Source: the human T2T-CHM13v2.0 reference genome, Homo sapiens
DNA: 64,000 nucleotides
Reading direction: 5' to 3' (one strand)
Assembly: GCF_009914755.1 (NCBI RefSeq)
Contig: NC_060928.1
How positions within the stretch are numbered: position 1 is the first letter of the stretch; each line of letters starts with the position of its first letter. The notes under the pieces were generated by a model, which did not search any database, was not told the DNA's origin, and was given only the letters and a program-made list of their open reading frames with translations. Of the stretch, positions 44,527 through 57,800 are shown piece after piece. The translations under genes were made by a program, and so were the position numbers.

Positions 44527-45081
44527 CAGCTCCTTCTTCCTCTTCTCCTCTTTCACGTCGGTCTTCTTGATCTCTGCCTTGAAGGCCTCCGCCTCGCCAT
44601 TCTGGTCGTCCTTGGCCAGCAGGTCCATGAGGTAGGCGATGTAGCTGGTGGCCAGGCGCAGGGTCTTGATTTTGGAGAGTTTGGTGTCGGCGGGTACGTT
44701 GGGGATGCACTCGCGCAGTTCGGCGAAGGCGCTGTTGATGCTCTGAGTCCTGCGCCGCTCCTTGCGGTTGGCGGTGCCTCGGCGCTTCACCGGGCGCGGC
44801 CCCCCCAGGCCCGGGGGCCCGGCGCCCGGCGGCACCCCCCCGTAATGGGAGTGGTCCAGGCCGGCGGCGCCGCTGGCATACTCGGGGCTGTAGGACAGGG
44901 CCATGCTGTAGTCGGGGGGCGACATCTCGGGGTGGCCGATGAGCCAGCCATGGAAGTAGGGGTTCTCCTCATGGCTGCAGCGGCTGGCGGCGGCGGCGGC
45001 AGCTGCGGCGGCGGCGGCGGCAAACGGGTAGCCCTCGTGGTGCACCACCGGGTGGTGGGGAAAACCACCTACCAGACTCAT
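44527..45081 (-). CDS. HAND2: HAND2 coding exon 1 (185 codons; bHLH transcription factor, 217 aa total)
   Basis: [20 protein letters not shown], poly-Ala, b[55 protein letters not shown]. Donor CTG|GTCAGT at 44527/44526. Confidence 0.99.
44986..45021 (-). repeat. HAND2: Imperfect (GCN)12 poly-alanine tract, HAND2 aa 21-32
   Basis: (GCC)n runs interrupted by GCA GCT. Confidence 0.95.
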
Positions 45082-46020
45082 TTCGCCCTCCGCGCCCCTC
45101 CACGCGCCCCAGCGTGCGCGCAGCCCCGCCGCGCCCTCGGCCCGGGCCCCTGCCTCAGCGCTCGGCGTCCTCCCCCACCCCCCACCCCCCAGCCCCCGGG
45201 CGCCCGGGCCCGCCCGGCAGCCGCAGAGGGGGCTGCTGCAGCCCGGGCCCCGTCCCCCCGCCTGGCCAGCCGGGCCCGCCTCAGCAGCGCTGCGGCCGCC
45301 GGCTCCCCATGGGGCGCGGCGAGCTGGTCCTGGCACCGTGCGCCCCTGGCCGCCGCCGCCGCCGCCTCCGGTTCCCGCCTTGCTCCACGGCCCGCGCTTC
45401 GGCTCCTGCTTCCCGGGCTGCTGCGCGGAGGCAGAATCCTCTCGTGCTCATACAAAGGTGCCGGGGCTCCCGCGAGGCTGGTACGCGGAGTCTCGGGAAT
45501 CCAAGCCCGGGCCGCGGTCCTGGCACCGAAGCTAACCCGGAATCCAGGGGCGAGTCTGAGCCGCGGCTGGAGGAGCCGGTCCAGCTGTGCCGGGGGGCGG
45601 CGGGGTCGACTGCTCACTGCAAAGCTACCTCCGTGCGACCCTCCCCTTCCCGCCTCTTCCCCTCCCCCCACCAGCCCGATCTGGGTTCTTGGGCGCTTAT
45701 TGTTTTAATGAAATTTTTGGTTGTTGTTGTTTTGGTCCTTAAATGTGATTTTAGCTGCGAGTAACGTGTCCTCGCTCCTCTCGCGCTCTCTCGGAGGGTT
45801 TTCAGAGAGGTCTCAGTGCATCCATTTTCTCAGATCCTCTCCTTTCGGGGCAAGGATCTGGGGCCCTGAATGAGCCTTGGAGCTCGAAGACCGCGGCTCG
45901 GGCTCTCGGAGGGCTCTGCGCGGTGGCCGAGGAAGCTCCGGGGTGACGGCGGTGGTTCTCCTGGGCTGGACGACGTGAGGGGAGCAAGCGGATTTTCCCA
46001 GCAAGATCTCCATGTACAGC
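45082..46020 (-). other. HAND2: HAND2 long GC-rich 5'UTR (~940 nt; TSS approximate)
   Basis: TSS inferred about 30 nt downstream of the TATA-like TATATTAA at 46050-46043. Confidence 0.7.
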
Positions 46021-46230
46021 TACATCTTTAGGGCCGCTCGGGTTAATATATGTCGTCAGAGGCTCCTCACGCCAATCCCGGGGCGGCAGGGGCGGCGCCT
46101 CGAGCTCTCGGCAATAAAACTTTTTGATGTTCACGTTGCTAATTGCCGAGGTCCTCTTCCAGGATTGGCTACCTCCTCATAACCATAAGATAATTAAAAC
46201 TTGGCGGGGGGGGGGGGGCAGGGTTAAAAA
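46020..46230. promoter_or_regulatory. Bidirectional HAND2 / HAND2-AS1 promoter
   Basis: TATA-like box (minus, 46043-46050), TGACG half-CRE, oppositely oriented CCAAT boxes (46072-46076 plus, 46164-46168 minus), GC boxes and a G13 run (46206-46218), all within a large CpG island. Confidence 0.8.
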
Positions 46231-49200
46231 AACTTTTTTTATCAGTCAGAGGATAATGCAAGTGTTTAACAGATGCTTCACTATTAAAATATTTTCCCCC
46301 CAAGTCTCAAATATTGAAGAATCTCTAACCAGGTACAGTATCACTCTGCTCTCTTTTCTGGTTGAAAAGAAAGAAAGAAAGAAAACGCAGGTATTGCTTT
46401 TCGAAGTGCTTTGTAGGTAATCGAGGTAAGAAAATATACGCAGGCAGCCTCTTACAATTTTATGCAGGGGCGCCGGGAGCCTCGTGACGGGCGGTGGGGG
46501 CCCCCACAAAGGCGCGGCTGGGAGCTGGCGCTCTTTGCCCCAGCAGGGACGAGGAGCGGCTGGAGAAGGGTGTTTCTTTGACCCGTTTACAGGCTCGAAA
46601 CGCCGGTCTCAGTGGCTATTGAGTTACCCACCAAGTTACCCCGGTTAGAGCTGTTTGGGGTGGCTCACGTTATTGCGGCAAACTTTGGAGATGACGGCTG
46701 AGTCCTCCGGGCGAACATGTCAAGCCGATTGTAAATGCTGTTATTTCCACATCCTTCAGGGACACCAGTCCCTACGAAGACCTTGGGCGATTTTGAAGTG
46801 CGGGCACCTCGATTCCCCGAATCTGTAGTGTGGCTGGTATCGGTGTTCCCCTGGTTTAACTAGCCTGTTTGGTAAGTAACTGAATATTTTTTACGGCGTG
46901 TTCAGAGCTTATTTTCCAGTTTTTATGAACAAACATATAAATATATCTCTGCATTCCTGCCTCCCTCATAAAAGCGGGCATCTGTGGAAAGCAGGTTTAG
47001 TTATCGGAGGGGAACCATTAAACGCCAGTTTAAGAGGCAGGCCGGGAGGACGGCTCGTGGATGTTGAGACTGCTGGCCTTGGTGATCTTGAACGCATTAT
47101 AACGGAAAATGGATCTCCACTTGTAAGTCACCGGGCCGCGGGGCACCCGGGCCGCAGCGCCCGTGTGGCATGAGCTTCTTGAGAAGGCTCACGTGCGGCG
47201 AGGGCGGGTGGTAAATGGCAGGAGCTGAAATCACCCCAGGCTTGGCCCCAAGCCGAGAGGGGAGGCTGATGTGTATATGCAGATTCCACCCGAAGGAGTT
47301 CGGTGTGGAAAACGGTGTCAACAGGAGCCCGCGGGCTGTAAATTAGAGGGAGGCGAGGGCCTGCGGCGCCAGCGCGGGACAGGGCGGCCTGGGACTCGCC
47401 GCTGGTCAGGCCAGGTTAGCCCAAGGGAGACCAAAGACTCCACCTTGAGCATCGCCCTTTGGAGGCGGGCAGAGTCCGGCCGCAGGCCACAAAGCGATCC
47501 CCACCCGAAGGACTCCACAAGGACAGTCCTTTCCTTGCTCACCGCCGACAAAGTGGTTGGGGCAGGAAGGCGAGGTCAGTGCGAATGGAGGGCGCCCAAC
47601 TTCGGTGTTGCAGTTGACTCTGTGCTCGGGCTCTGCCCTCCACTAGCCCTAGAGTCTTGGGCAGCAGGATTGAGAAATATATATATTTCAGGTTTGCCGC
47701 GGCTGGGCGGTAGGAGACAGGGACTTAAAAGCCCAGGATTAGAGTCGGTGCAGGGCCCATTCTTTTTCTAGGAAAGGGGTTAACATCCTTGAACGTCCCC
47801 AGACAAGCGTCTTAAAGCATTGAACCTAGAATAGGGATTAACTGAAACTAGGCTCGTTGGTAAGCGCCAGGGGCTTGCAGTTGAGCTCGGAACAAAATAG
47901 TGACCTACTGCTCTAAACCCCCAACTTGCGTGGGTCTGCAATTTTTTAGCACAAGGAGAGCCTTTTAAAGACCTGGTTCTTCAAGGAAAGAATGCAGGTA
48001 GTGTGGTTGGGGGTTCTGTTTACATTTTCAACCGGAGGCAAACCCCGAATGTGTAAATACTGGTAGTTCAATTCTCTGACATTTGATACGTTTTTGAAAA
48101 GTCTGTTTATAAAAACACATTTAGGCCTTGGGAGCAGGTAGACAAAGTAAGATTGCACTGGGGCTGGGAACATATAAAAATTCAGGGAAATTAGTTGGTT
48201 GGCTGCTTTAAGACCCAAAGGGAGTTTTGGGAATTGAAGGGAGGAAGAAGAGTCCAGAGGAGGGCTGAGTTAGGGATTGAGATGCTCTGTCCACCAGAGA
48301 CCAGCGGTGAGTGGCCTCACTTTTGAAAGCTTCAGAACTTGCCACATTTAGCTTTTCTCATGCTTTTAATTGAAACAAACAAACAAACAAAAATGAATGA
48401 ATTACCTCGTGGCTCCAGATAGCATTGCAAGTGGTAAAGGAAATGGACAACATGGTACAGAAAAAAGAAATCATAAAAGATGCTAATCTGAACATCAGTT
48501 CTCACTCACAGTGTCATTATCAGTTAACTGCTGTGGTCCAAGGGCCTAAGACTTGATGTGGCTCAGAAACCCAAATCCAGAGGTCACTGCCTTAGAAAGC
48601 TGGCTTGATGAGAGGGGACAAATGGATGAACCCTAGTGGTGTCCCCAACTGTAGTAACTGACTCAGGGAGGCCAGGCTGGCCCTGACTGGTTGAGCTCTA
48701 CCCTAAATGCACAAACGCATCCACCTTTCTCTTGCAGTGTCCTTTGGCCTGTTTTGTTCCAGGTTTTCCAGGATACTGGGTTAGCCTGCTCCTTTGGGAA
48801 GTTGTGAAGCAAGGATGCCATCTCAAGTTTGCCCTCAATTTAGGTGTCCTGGGCATCCTGGTGGTAGTGATGGAGGTGTTGGCGGTGGTGGCAATGAAGG
48901 AGAGGGTGGTGTTGGTGATGAGAGGGAAAGTGGGAGAAGAAAGGGAGAAAGGCACAGTCCCTGACATCGATGTCAGCATGGGGACCCCACTCCTGGGCTG
49001 CACTAGTGTAGCTGCTGATGCACATGTTGTAAGTACTCAAAGGCCCAGGGAACTGGCTTGCTGGGGGCTCCTCTGGGTGCCTGTGGAGGAATCTTAGCTA
49101 GGAGTGCTTCTCTGCCTCTCCTCAGAGGCTGAGGGCTGAGCCAAAACCGGCCTTACTCGTGTCCAGAAACTGCTTCACAAGGAGGCAGCCCAGGTTTGGG

Positions 49201-51929
49201 TGAGTGTTTGGGATTCTGTACCTTTGTTGTAGCTGATGGTGTACCTACTGTACTGCACATGTCAACTGCCTTCAGCCAAATAGACAGAATCTGGTTCAAG
49301 CATTTATTTTGCTCCTCATGTCTCTTGTCTCTTTGCCGTCACTGCTACTTCTTTCTCTGGAAAAAGACGGAAAGAGCAGCAGAGAGGCTGAACATGGCCA
49401 TGCAAACATTTTGGTCTTGTGAGATATTATTATACTTGAAAAAATCAATCTGGTTTAAACTAATTTTAAAAAAATCTTTAGTTAGGTTTTAGGGAAAATA
49501 CAGATTGTCTCAGGGTGTTTATTATTTCAAAGGCAAGGGCAGTTTATATCCTCTGTTTTGCTCATAAGAACCCAAAATAAACTGGACCCAAAAAGAATCA
49601 GGCCAGAGGGTCATAAATGCACATTTTATGTTCATGGGAATTATGGCTCAATTCTCATCGTCGTCTTTCAAATCTTGTTTCACCTTGTTTTTCTAACCAA
49701 CATAGTGGAAGTGACTCTGACCGTTCCCTTAAGAATCTTTAATGCTCTTACATGAGATGAGCCTCAGAACAAGCTAAGAACCCTCGAAAGAACATCAAGC
49801 CTGGAAGGTGACAGAAGGAGCAATGTGTTCTTGAAGATGTCACCTCAGCCCACCTGCTCCAAGGACAGTGCTTCTTGCGACACTCTGATAGCTCTGCATT
49901 CTTTTCTGTACCAGGGTAGGGTGGAGTCATTTTACATGTTATCCACTTAGTCCCAGGATGTTTAGGATGCTCAGAACAAGGCATATTGTCTGAGTGGTGG
50001 CAAGGGTCTCCCTCTAACTGGGGTTGTGTAGTCCTTCCTGTTTGTGTAGTTCTTCTTGTATAGTCTTTTCTTGTTGGCCTTTGAGAAGTAGTTGTCTACA
50101 GACATACCAAGTGAAAGTGGCTCCAGAAGTGTCGTGCTGCTCAAAGTACACATCTGCAAAGCAGAATCAAATTTTGTTGGATTTGAGTGTCTATTTCAAA
50201 AAAGGAAGAATAAGAAAAGCTGCCCTTGTGTCTTGTGAGGTTTTTTTTTTTCTTCTTCTTCTTTTAAGCAAGTTTTTTCCTCTTCTTTTAAGCAAGTTTT
50301 TGGTTAAGGGGGTGGCATATTTAGGGTTTGGATCCTCTTCCTTTCTCTTCCCTACATGGAGAGATGGAGGGGGAGGGGCTAGTTCAGCTGAATGATGACA
50401 GTGGAGGGGCTGATTGCTTATGAATCCTTCAGTCCAGCTCTAATTAGAAAACAGTTAAGTTGGTGGAGAAAATCAGGGCTTGCTTAGTGCCTGCACATTC
50501 CCTCCTCCTCTTTCTCCTCTCCCTCTTTCCCTTCTTTCTTCCTTCCACCCTCCTCCCTCCCTCTCTCTCTTCTTCTCGCCAGTTCTCCCTTGTAATTTGC
50601 CGTCTAGCAGCATTTGGGATTACAAGGTTTTTTTTCTTTTCTTTTCTTTTTTTCCCTATCACTGAATCTGCAACTGGCATGGAAGAATGAGATACTGATT
50701 CATGCTGAAATCTTTTAAGAAAAATCTTAATATCCACAGTCAGTAGAATTTTCCTTTCTTTCTAAATAATCAATGACTAGATCCTCATGTTAACTGGTAG
50801 ATATGTTGCTGCACTGGAGGGTTTTCATTGATAAGGAAGAACTAAATATTTTTCCAGGTGTCTAAGTGTGTCTGTAAATCTAAAATCCTCATTCAGACTA
50901 AAGGGACCATAAGATAACCCCGTGAAGGCCTCAAAGAAGCAGCATGATGTAGATACATGGGACGTATTATTAACGTTATTATACTAGTCCTAAGAGGTAC
51001 AGTAAATCTGATCTTTGTTAATCTTTGCTACTTTGTAGTAAAATATAGAGTTTAGAGCAAAACCGGTCTGAGAACCTACATCCCATAGGATTTATGTTAA
51101 ATACTCATTCAAATTATTGCTTCAAGCAAATTACATACACACTAGCGACATTTTCTTTCAAGCCGGGAGGAAATCACTCAACATTCAGATGAGGAAGTGT
51201 GATTTTTCATACGTGTTCTACGGAAATAGTAAATAATGGACTTCACCTAGTCTGCAGTGTATTATGGGGTTCAGAATAAAATATGAGTTCAACTGGCAAT
51301 TTCAAATGCGGCTTTGGAGAGAAAACATTTATTTGACTGAAAGATTTGCTTCTGACTTGAGGCCCAGGAACATTCCCAGTTTTAACTGTAGTGTTGCATT
51401 CCTGGGAAGTTCTGTTCCATAGCTTCCTTTGCAAATTCATGTAGATGGATTTCTTTAGCTCTGACAGTTTCCTCAAAACCTTTCTTACATTCTTCCAGGA
51501 CCTTTGCTTATAGACAGGGGAGTTACACCAGGATGGTTAGGTTTCAGGTTAACAAAAAGAAACACTTTTATTGTCAATATTAATGGCAAACCTCGATTTT
51601 TACAAGGCTTGGGTTTAGCAGTGTGAGCAGATCAAAAGCAGCTTGGTTTGATTTCTCAATATTCTCTGGAGCTTAGACAATTAACTGCAATTTCGCTCCT
51701 AACGAAACAACACAAAAAAGTTAGTTACAGAAATGTTATAGGTAATCTTTTGGCAGAGATTTTTACCTGAGTACAACATATCAGAATCTAAAAAATTTAT
51801 CTACTGAACTTGAGTTGAGTTTTGCAGGAAAACCCCTTAAGAAAATCTTGTGTGAACTACGTCCTCGGTTGCAATGCCATGAGCCTGTTTCAGTGTGTGC
51901 ATTCCAGGCTTGCCTTTCTAGCTGGGTAA

Positions 51930-52400
51930 GGATCCGGCAGACTGAGGTCTCCTTGGTAATTTGGGTACACCAAGTCTCCAGTTAATGATAGATAATCAGC
52001 CTTTGGGTCATTCGGTCATTCTCTTATTACAAACCCCTCCTGCTCTCTCTGATCTCCTTTCAAACTAAATTTCACACAAACAAATAAAGCAAGACAGGGA
52101 CAAGTTCTTAAAAAAAGAGAGAGAAATATTAGAAACGCCTGATACAGAACTCTAAACAAGGAAAGGCAAGCTAAAAGAGGATAGGAAAGAACATCTTATC
52201 AAAATGAACATGTTGTGTACAAAACATTAAAAGAAAAGGCTCTGGTTTTTGTTAAAGTGACAGAAAATTAAAATAAAAATAATTGCAGGCACCAAAGTTA
52301 TAAACAGGGAAGGCAGGATGCTAGCTGGAAATGCGCAGCACTAGGGAGCTAATTTGTTGTTACAGATTATATATCTGCACCCTGCTTGGAGAAGTGCTAC
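51930..52400. promoter_or_regulatory. Probable orthologue of the Hand2 branchial-arch (endothelin/DLX-responsive) enhancer
   Basis: About 6 kb upstream of the HAND2 TSS, repeat-free, with clustered TAAT/ATTA homeodomain cores and GATA. Position is consistent with the mouse enhancer (from memory, not aligned). Confidence 0.5.
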
Positions 52401-53759
52401 TTTGTTCCATTTTCCAGAAGAGAATGGTTTTTCTTCTTAATGCTTGTGTGAATGCCCACTTAAGTTAACACAGGCCACAACTTTGAGGAATGAGAAATGG
52501 AATTGCATTCTGCTTGCGAAGCATCCAACTTCAAACGAAGAAATTGGTTGTGTACAAAAAAAAAAGTAGAATTTCATTCAGAATACGTTTGGAGACTTCA
52601 CTAAATTGGTGTGACTGATGCTTTTTTGTTTTGCTGACAGAAGGCACAGATCATTCATGGGGAAGTATAACCGAAACCAGTCCTCTCCACCGCCTGGGGA
52701 TCTTCACTTTCGCAGTCTACGACTGCCTGTGACTCCAGAAAGACAAACTGCAGATTGGCCAAGGTACATCTCAGATCAGATCCGTCTGGGAAAAGCGCGG
52801 GAATGCTTGGCTCTAGTAGTTAGGAGCTCTGGTGAGAGCGCCCCTAGTGCCATTTTCCCATCCCTGCCCTTGACAGTCCCCTTTGGTCTAAATTCACGGT
52901 TCTAGACAGTCAAAGTCTACCTGCTGGGTGTCCACTCTCAAGCCATAGGTTTTCAATCCTAAAAGGGATTAGGACCTTGGCTCAAAATGTGGTCAACGCA
53001 GTGTTCAAATTAGGAGGGCAGCTGGGAGATGGCAGCAGGGGATGAAAGTATGACTCCTACTTCGTCCGCAACTGTGGGTCTGGCACCTCTTGACTTGCCA
53101 GTATGCTGGCAAACAACCCATCTCTCTTGGAGAATCCACACTTCGTTTCTTCTAGGTCCAGCCTAAATGTTACCTCCTCCAGGGAGCCTTTCCAGATACT
53201 GCTTCTCCTCTCTCCCCCAACTCCCTCCCACAAATGAAGTTTTCTCTTCTGAATTCCTTGCTGGTACTGTCACTTATATTCTTTTGGGTAGATCTCTGGG
53301 CATGCATATGTCACCTCCTGTGACTGTGGGTTTCTTGACAACCTAATCAATGCATTGAACAAAGGAGATGTTTAGACAACCCATATAAAATGAATAAGAG
53401 AAATAGGGTGAATACCGTCTACCCCAATTGCAATCAGATTAGTTTCCTTTATTTTGAAAACGATTAGAACTAGTAGAGGAGTTAGATGTGGCCCACTAGG
53501 GAACAAATTTTCATCTCCAAGCCGTCCTCTGGCTCGATCGGGCCTGCACTGGGTCTGCATCAACTTGCGCTGGCTCAGAGGGAGGCTCAGCCCCAGCCTG
53601 GCCTTCCTGGTGCCCACTCCCAACATCCTGAGCAGGGCCGACTCTAGGCACCCCACGATTAGCTGAGTGATCTAGGGCAAGGACCTAGGCGTCTCTAAGT
53701 CTTAGTTTCCCCATCTGAACAATGTGGATAATGACACGTACCTGGGGTGGGCAGGCTAG

Positions 53760-54800
53760 AGTAAATGGGAAAATCAAAGCGCCAGCCAGAGCGGGTCGCA
53801 CTGTTAGTTCCTGTATTTTCTCCTCCTGCCTCTGGTTTCTTCCGTTCCGTTCTAGCTGCCTGAAGACCCAGCCCGACAGCGATGCCTGTCAGCCCGCGTC
53901 GCCCACCAGGGCAGCTGCTCTCCCAACTCGCATGGGGGGCACCACCCCGCCTCGGTGCCCTAGAGCTGAGCGCAGCCGCGGCTCCACGGGGATCGCCAGG
54001 GCCTCAGCCCTCGCGGCCGGCGGCGCGGGAGTGTTGCGGGGCAGGGACCAGAGCGCGATCAGAGCGGCCACCCCCGATTTAGGTCGCCAGCTTTCCAGTC
54101 ACTGCGATGGCCACTGGGGCGCCCCTTCCATCCTGGTTAAATTCTCATTGTGATCCCCAGCCCTCTTCTCGGTTCCCCACACCCAGGAGGCCGGTTCTCC
54201 GCCGCTCAGGCTGGGAGAGGTCACCGCTCCGGGCAGGGTGGACCCCCAGCTCCGTCTCGGAGGACCTTTCGCCGGAGGCGAGCAGGAAGGGGTTAACCAT
54301 GAGCCTCCCACCCTCACCTCCCAGACCCTGGTGCCGGGCTAAGGCCTCCGCTTCCCTCCTGAGGTCTCATTAGGAAACCCTCACCGCTATTTTCAACATT
54401 TCCTCAATCAAGTGCCTTTAAATAGAGCTGCACAAACAGATTGGCGGCAAAAGCGTAGATCTTGTCACGATTGAGACCAATCCAGTATTTCAGCCTTGTT
54501 TGCTTTGCAATTACGGGTTGGCTTGTGGCTACGGTGCCACCGGGGCAAATCTGCAGCCGCTCGCTTTCTCCTCTGCGCTCCGGGCGGGTGGAGGAAGCGA
54601 CCCGCGGAGTCACTGCAGGGAGGAGAGGGGGACGCGCGCGGGGGGAGGCGGCGGAGGGCGGAGGAGACTCGCTTGCACCCCAGGGCCGCGGGCACGCAGA
54701 GCTGTGTTGAAGGACATACTTTTCAGGTTCCTGACAGTCACTGAGCTATACGCAATAATAAAGTGCGTGATTCGCGTGTGGAAACCAGTGTCGTGTCCTT
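53760..54800. promoter_or_regulatory. CpG island within HAND2-AS1
   Basis: High CpG density with CCAAT/ATTGG motifs at ~54440-54481. Confidence 0.6.
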
Positions 54801-57800
54801 ACCAGCTTCCTTTTCTGTCCACCTTCCCTCTCTCTTCTACCTCCGTTTCGCTTTTCTTCAGTGCATGTTAGCGGTTTGCTGGATTTCCCTTCTCCCTCGC
54901 TGTTCAACTGCTAGCATGATTTGTTACATTTTCCACAGCTGTTTATTCTTGTTTGACTTTTTGTACAAAGTCACTTTAAATCTGCTGCAGAAAGAATAAA
55001 GCACCTAGCCCTTTGGATGGACTCCTGCAGGCGTGTGGCTGTCCCTGGCCCACTTTTAATTCTTTGGAGATGGCTCTTCTGTGTAAATCAGCTGCTGGGT
55101 GCGTTCGGTCACCTCGTAGGCCAGCCTAGTTTGTATCAGCAGAACAGTAGTGGACTCGACTCAGGTCGTAAGCCTTATATTTCACAGACAATTAAATCTT
55201 GGCTGCTGTTGAACAAAACTGTAATATTTACTTTGTTCTATACCGAGAAGCACTTTTAAAGTAAAAAAGAAAAAAAAACCAAATACTACACTTCAAAAAG
55301 AAAATATGACAATGAATCTCTTTTTATGGATTCTCTCTGCATAAGTGGAAACAATATGATTTAAATCCCCAACACCCCATCCCCCTTTTCAGACACAGCT
55401 GAAGTGATACAGATACTGTCTTCTAACACATAATCTCCCTCTCTCGGGAGAGGCACCTGCCTGTGCTACATTCGATTTAGTTTGTAAGGTTTCAGGCCCC
55501 TCCCCGACCCATGTAATATGTAACAAGGATTATCAAATAATAAGGTCTTGGATGTGAAGTCTGCTTTACACAAGAATTCAAGAAAGATAGGCAGGACTTG
55601 AGTAATTATGTTACAACTTCATATTACTTTCCAAATGAATACCCATTTTCTTCTCATGTCAACTTCTAGAGATGGGATGCTGAGGCAGAGAAATATTTTT
55701 ATGAGACTCTGGAGTACATACTAAAATGTGCTTCCTTATTATTTAAGAATGTGTAAGGTATGGACCTACATTTGTTTGCTGGTGGTCATAAAATAAATTC
55801 ATAGCCATTGTGGCCAATAAGCAATCTCCTTCACGCTTTAAAAGTTTTTGGTTTATAATCCCACCTGGATTGTATTTTCACTATTCTGTATCACCCTCCT
55901 ATTGCAATATTTTGGTTCTCAATCTTATGTAAAGCAAACCTCAGAAATGATCGTTTCCATAAAATTGTGCAATGGCAAAGCCACAGAATAATATTTTGAG
56001 TCCATATAGCCGTGCATGCTCATCTATATAGCTCTTATACAGTTTTCTAGCTGATTGCTTTGGTATTTCAAGAAATAGGAAGCAGTAGCTACCTATTTTA
56101 ATGAAAGGGTACCATTTCATAAGAATTCTATTTTCACTGAAAAAATTGGTCTGGCACATTATTCAATGCAAAAGATTATAATATTACTTTCACGTGTGTT
56201 AATTTGTTTAGTATAAAACTGCTAGGGTGTCTTAACCATTAACGCGTTTTGCCACACTACTTTCAAATGGTGATCTGAGATAATTACGAAGATTTTGATG
56301 TTAATCCCACGTTAAATGAACAACTATGAAAATAATCTTAAAGCATTATTACTCCCATATACATGCCAGCAAACCCAATTGTGGAGAGAACATGATTACT
56401 TTTTATCTGACATTATCCTATAAGGATATGGCTACATTTATTTCTTTTAAAATTGGAGCAGTTTTCAATTACTTTTTAACAGAATTGTTTTCAACACAGC
56501 ATTTTGCAGTGCCCATAAACCATAGCAACTTTGTCCTGATCGATACATATTTTTCTGCATTATTATTCATTAGCCTCTTTGCAAACTCACTAAAATAGAA
56601 TAGTATTAAAGTATGAATATATAGAGAACAATTATTAGGTTCTACATATTTATTTAGGTAAACCAATGTTATTAAAATTAAAAACATGTGCCTGGCATAT
56701 AAGTGCTTCTTCAGGAATTCTTTTTTGGATGCATAGTTATTATTTTTTAAACAAACTCAGATTTTCAAACACTGATTTTCTTCTCTGAACGGGCATTGCA
56801 TTGTTTTAAACAGTAGCTCCTGGAATAATGCCACCTTTAGTATTTTAGACTTTCAAACAACAATTGGAATTGGATAAATGCTTTCAGCTGGGAGCACTTT
56901 CCTAATACCTTTGTAGGTAATGGGATTCTCTATTTGTGCTGGGTGACAAACGGACAGTGCCCTGGACAGACTGCCTACCCTCTGCAGAATCTACCAAAAA
57001 GTAGAGTTTTCCCATGAGACTGCTTGTGGTCCATCTAAAAATGAAAAAATAATCAGAGAAAATGCGCAAAGCCTTTTCTAACTACAGTTATGAAATGATG
57101 GCTTAAAGAGGTATTTAGAAAATAAGAGTGGAGTAATACAGAAACAAAATCTGAAGAAGAAAGTTTGCTTAGCAGCTGATGCTCTTTGTCTACAAACAAG
57201 AGGGTAAGGAGCTGGATCCAATTGAATTGAATTGTTTTTGTTTGCTTGTTTGTTTTCTTCCATTCAGTGCCTTTCAAACTGTTTTTTACTGGATGAAGAA
57301 ACTCAACCAAGAAAATATATGTCGATTCTTGTATATGGGACAATATTAGCTGCTGTGATTTTTAATACTAGCATAAAATATAAGAATCTTTTTATTACTG
57401 TGATATTGTTTTTTCCTAAATGAATGCATAGTGTAACAATTGGTGTCAAAAAGCATTGAATTTTTTTCAGATGGATTAAGCTGGAATAATAAAGTATATC
57501 TATGAGATGATTTCTGTAAACTCTGACTTGCTGAGAAAAAAGTGAAAAAGCTTTTTCTGGAAGAAACATGGCAACTTAACCGTTATTAATCTGGACTAAA
57601 TAAAACAGGAAACTGCCTCTTTACATTTCTAGTAATTTTTTCTGCTTTTCCAAACATTGTTAAGTTCTATGCAACTTGTGCTATTCAAGTAAAGATGATG
57701 TCAGTAATAAAATTACAGAATCTAATCAAGTGACTATTTTTGCTTTATTACAAAATTTATGTATTTAATTGGGATGTTTAATTGCTTAGTTTTTAGAACA

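Noticed and set aside
44845-45764. 287-aa and 216-aa antisense ORFs over HAND2 exon 1
   Set aside because: Expected shadow ORFs of very GC-rich coding and UTR sequence.
50257-50301. Tandem duplication of TCTTCTTTTAAGCAAGTTTTT
   Set aside because: Ordinary slippage duplication next to a T-run.
53722-53855. Unspliced N-terminus of the 143-aa ORF
   Set aside because: The ATG lies in a MIR fragment upstream of a strong acceptor; the spliced version is more plausible and is reported as a finding.
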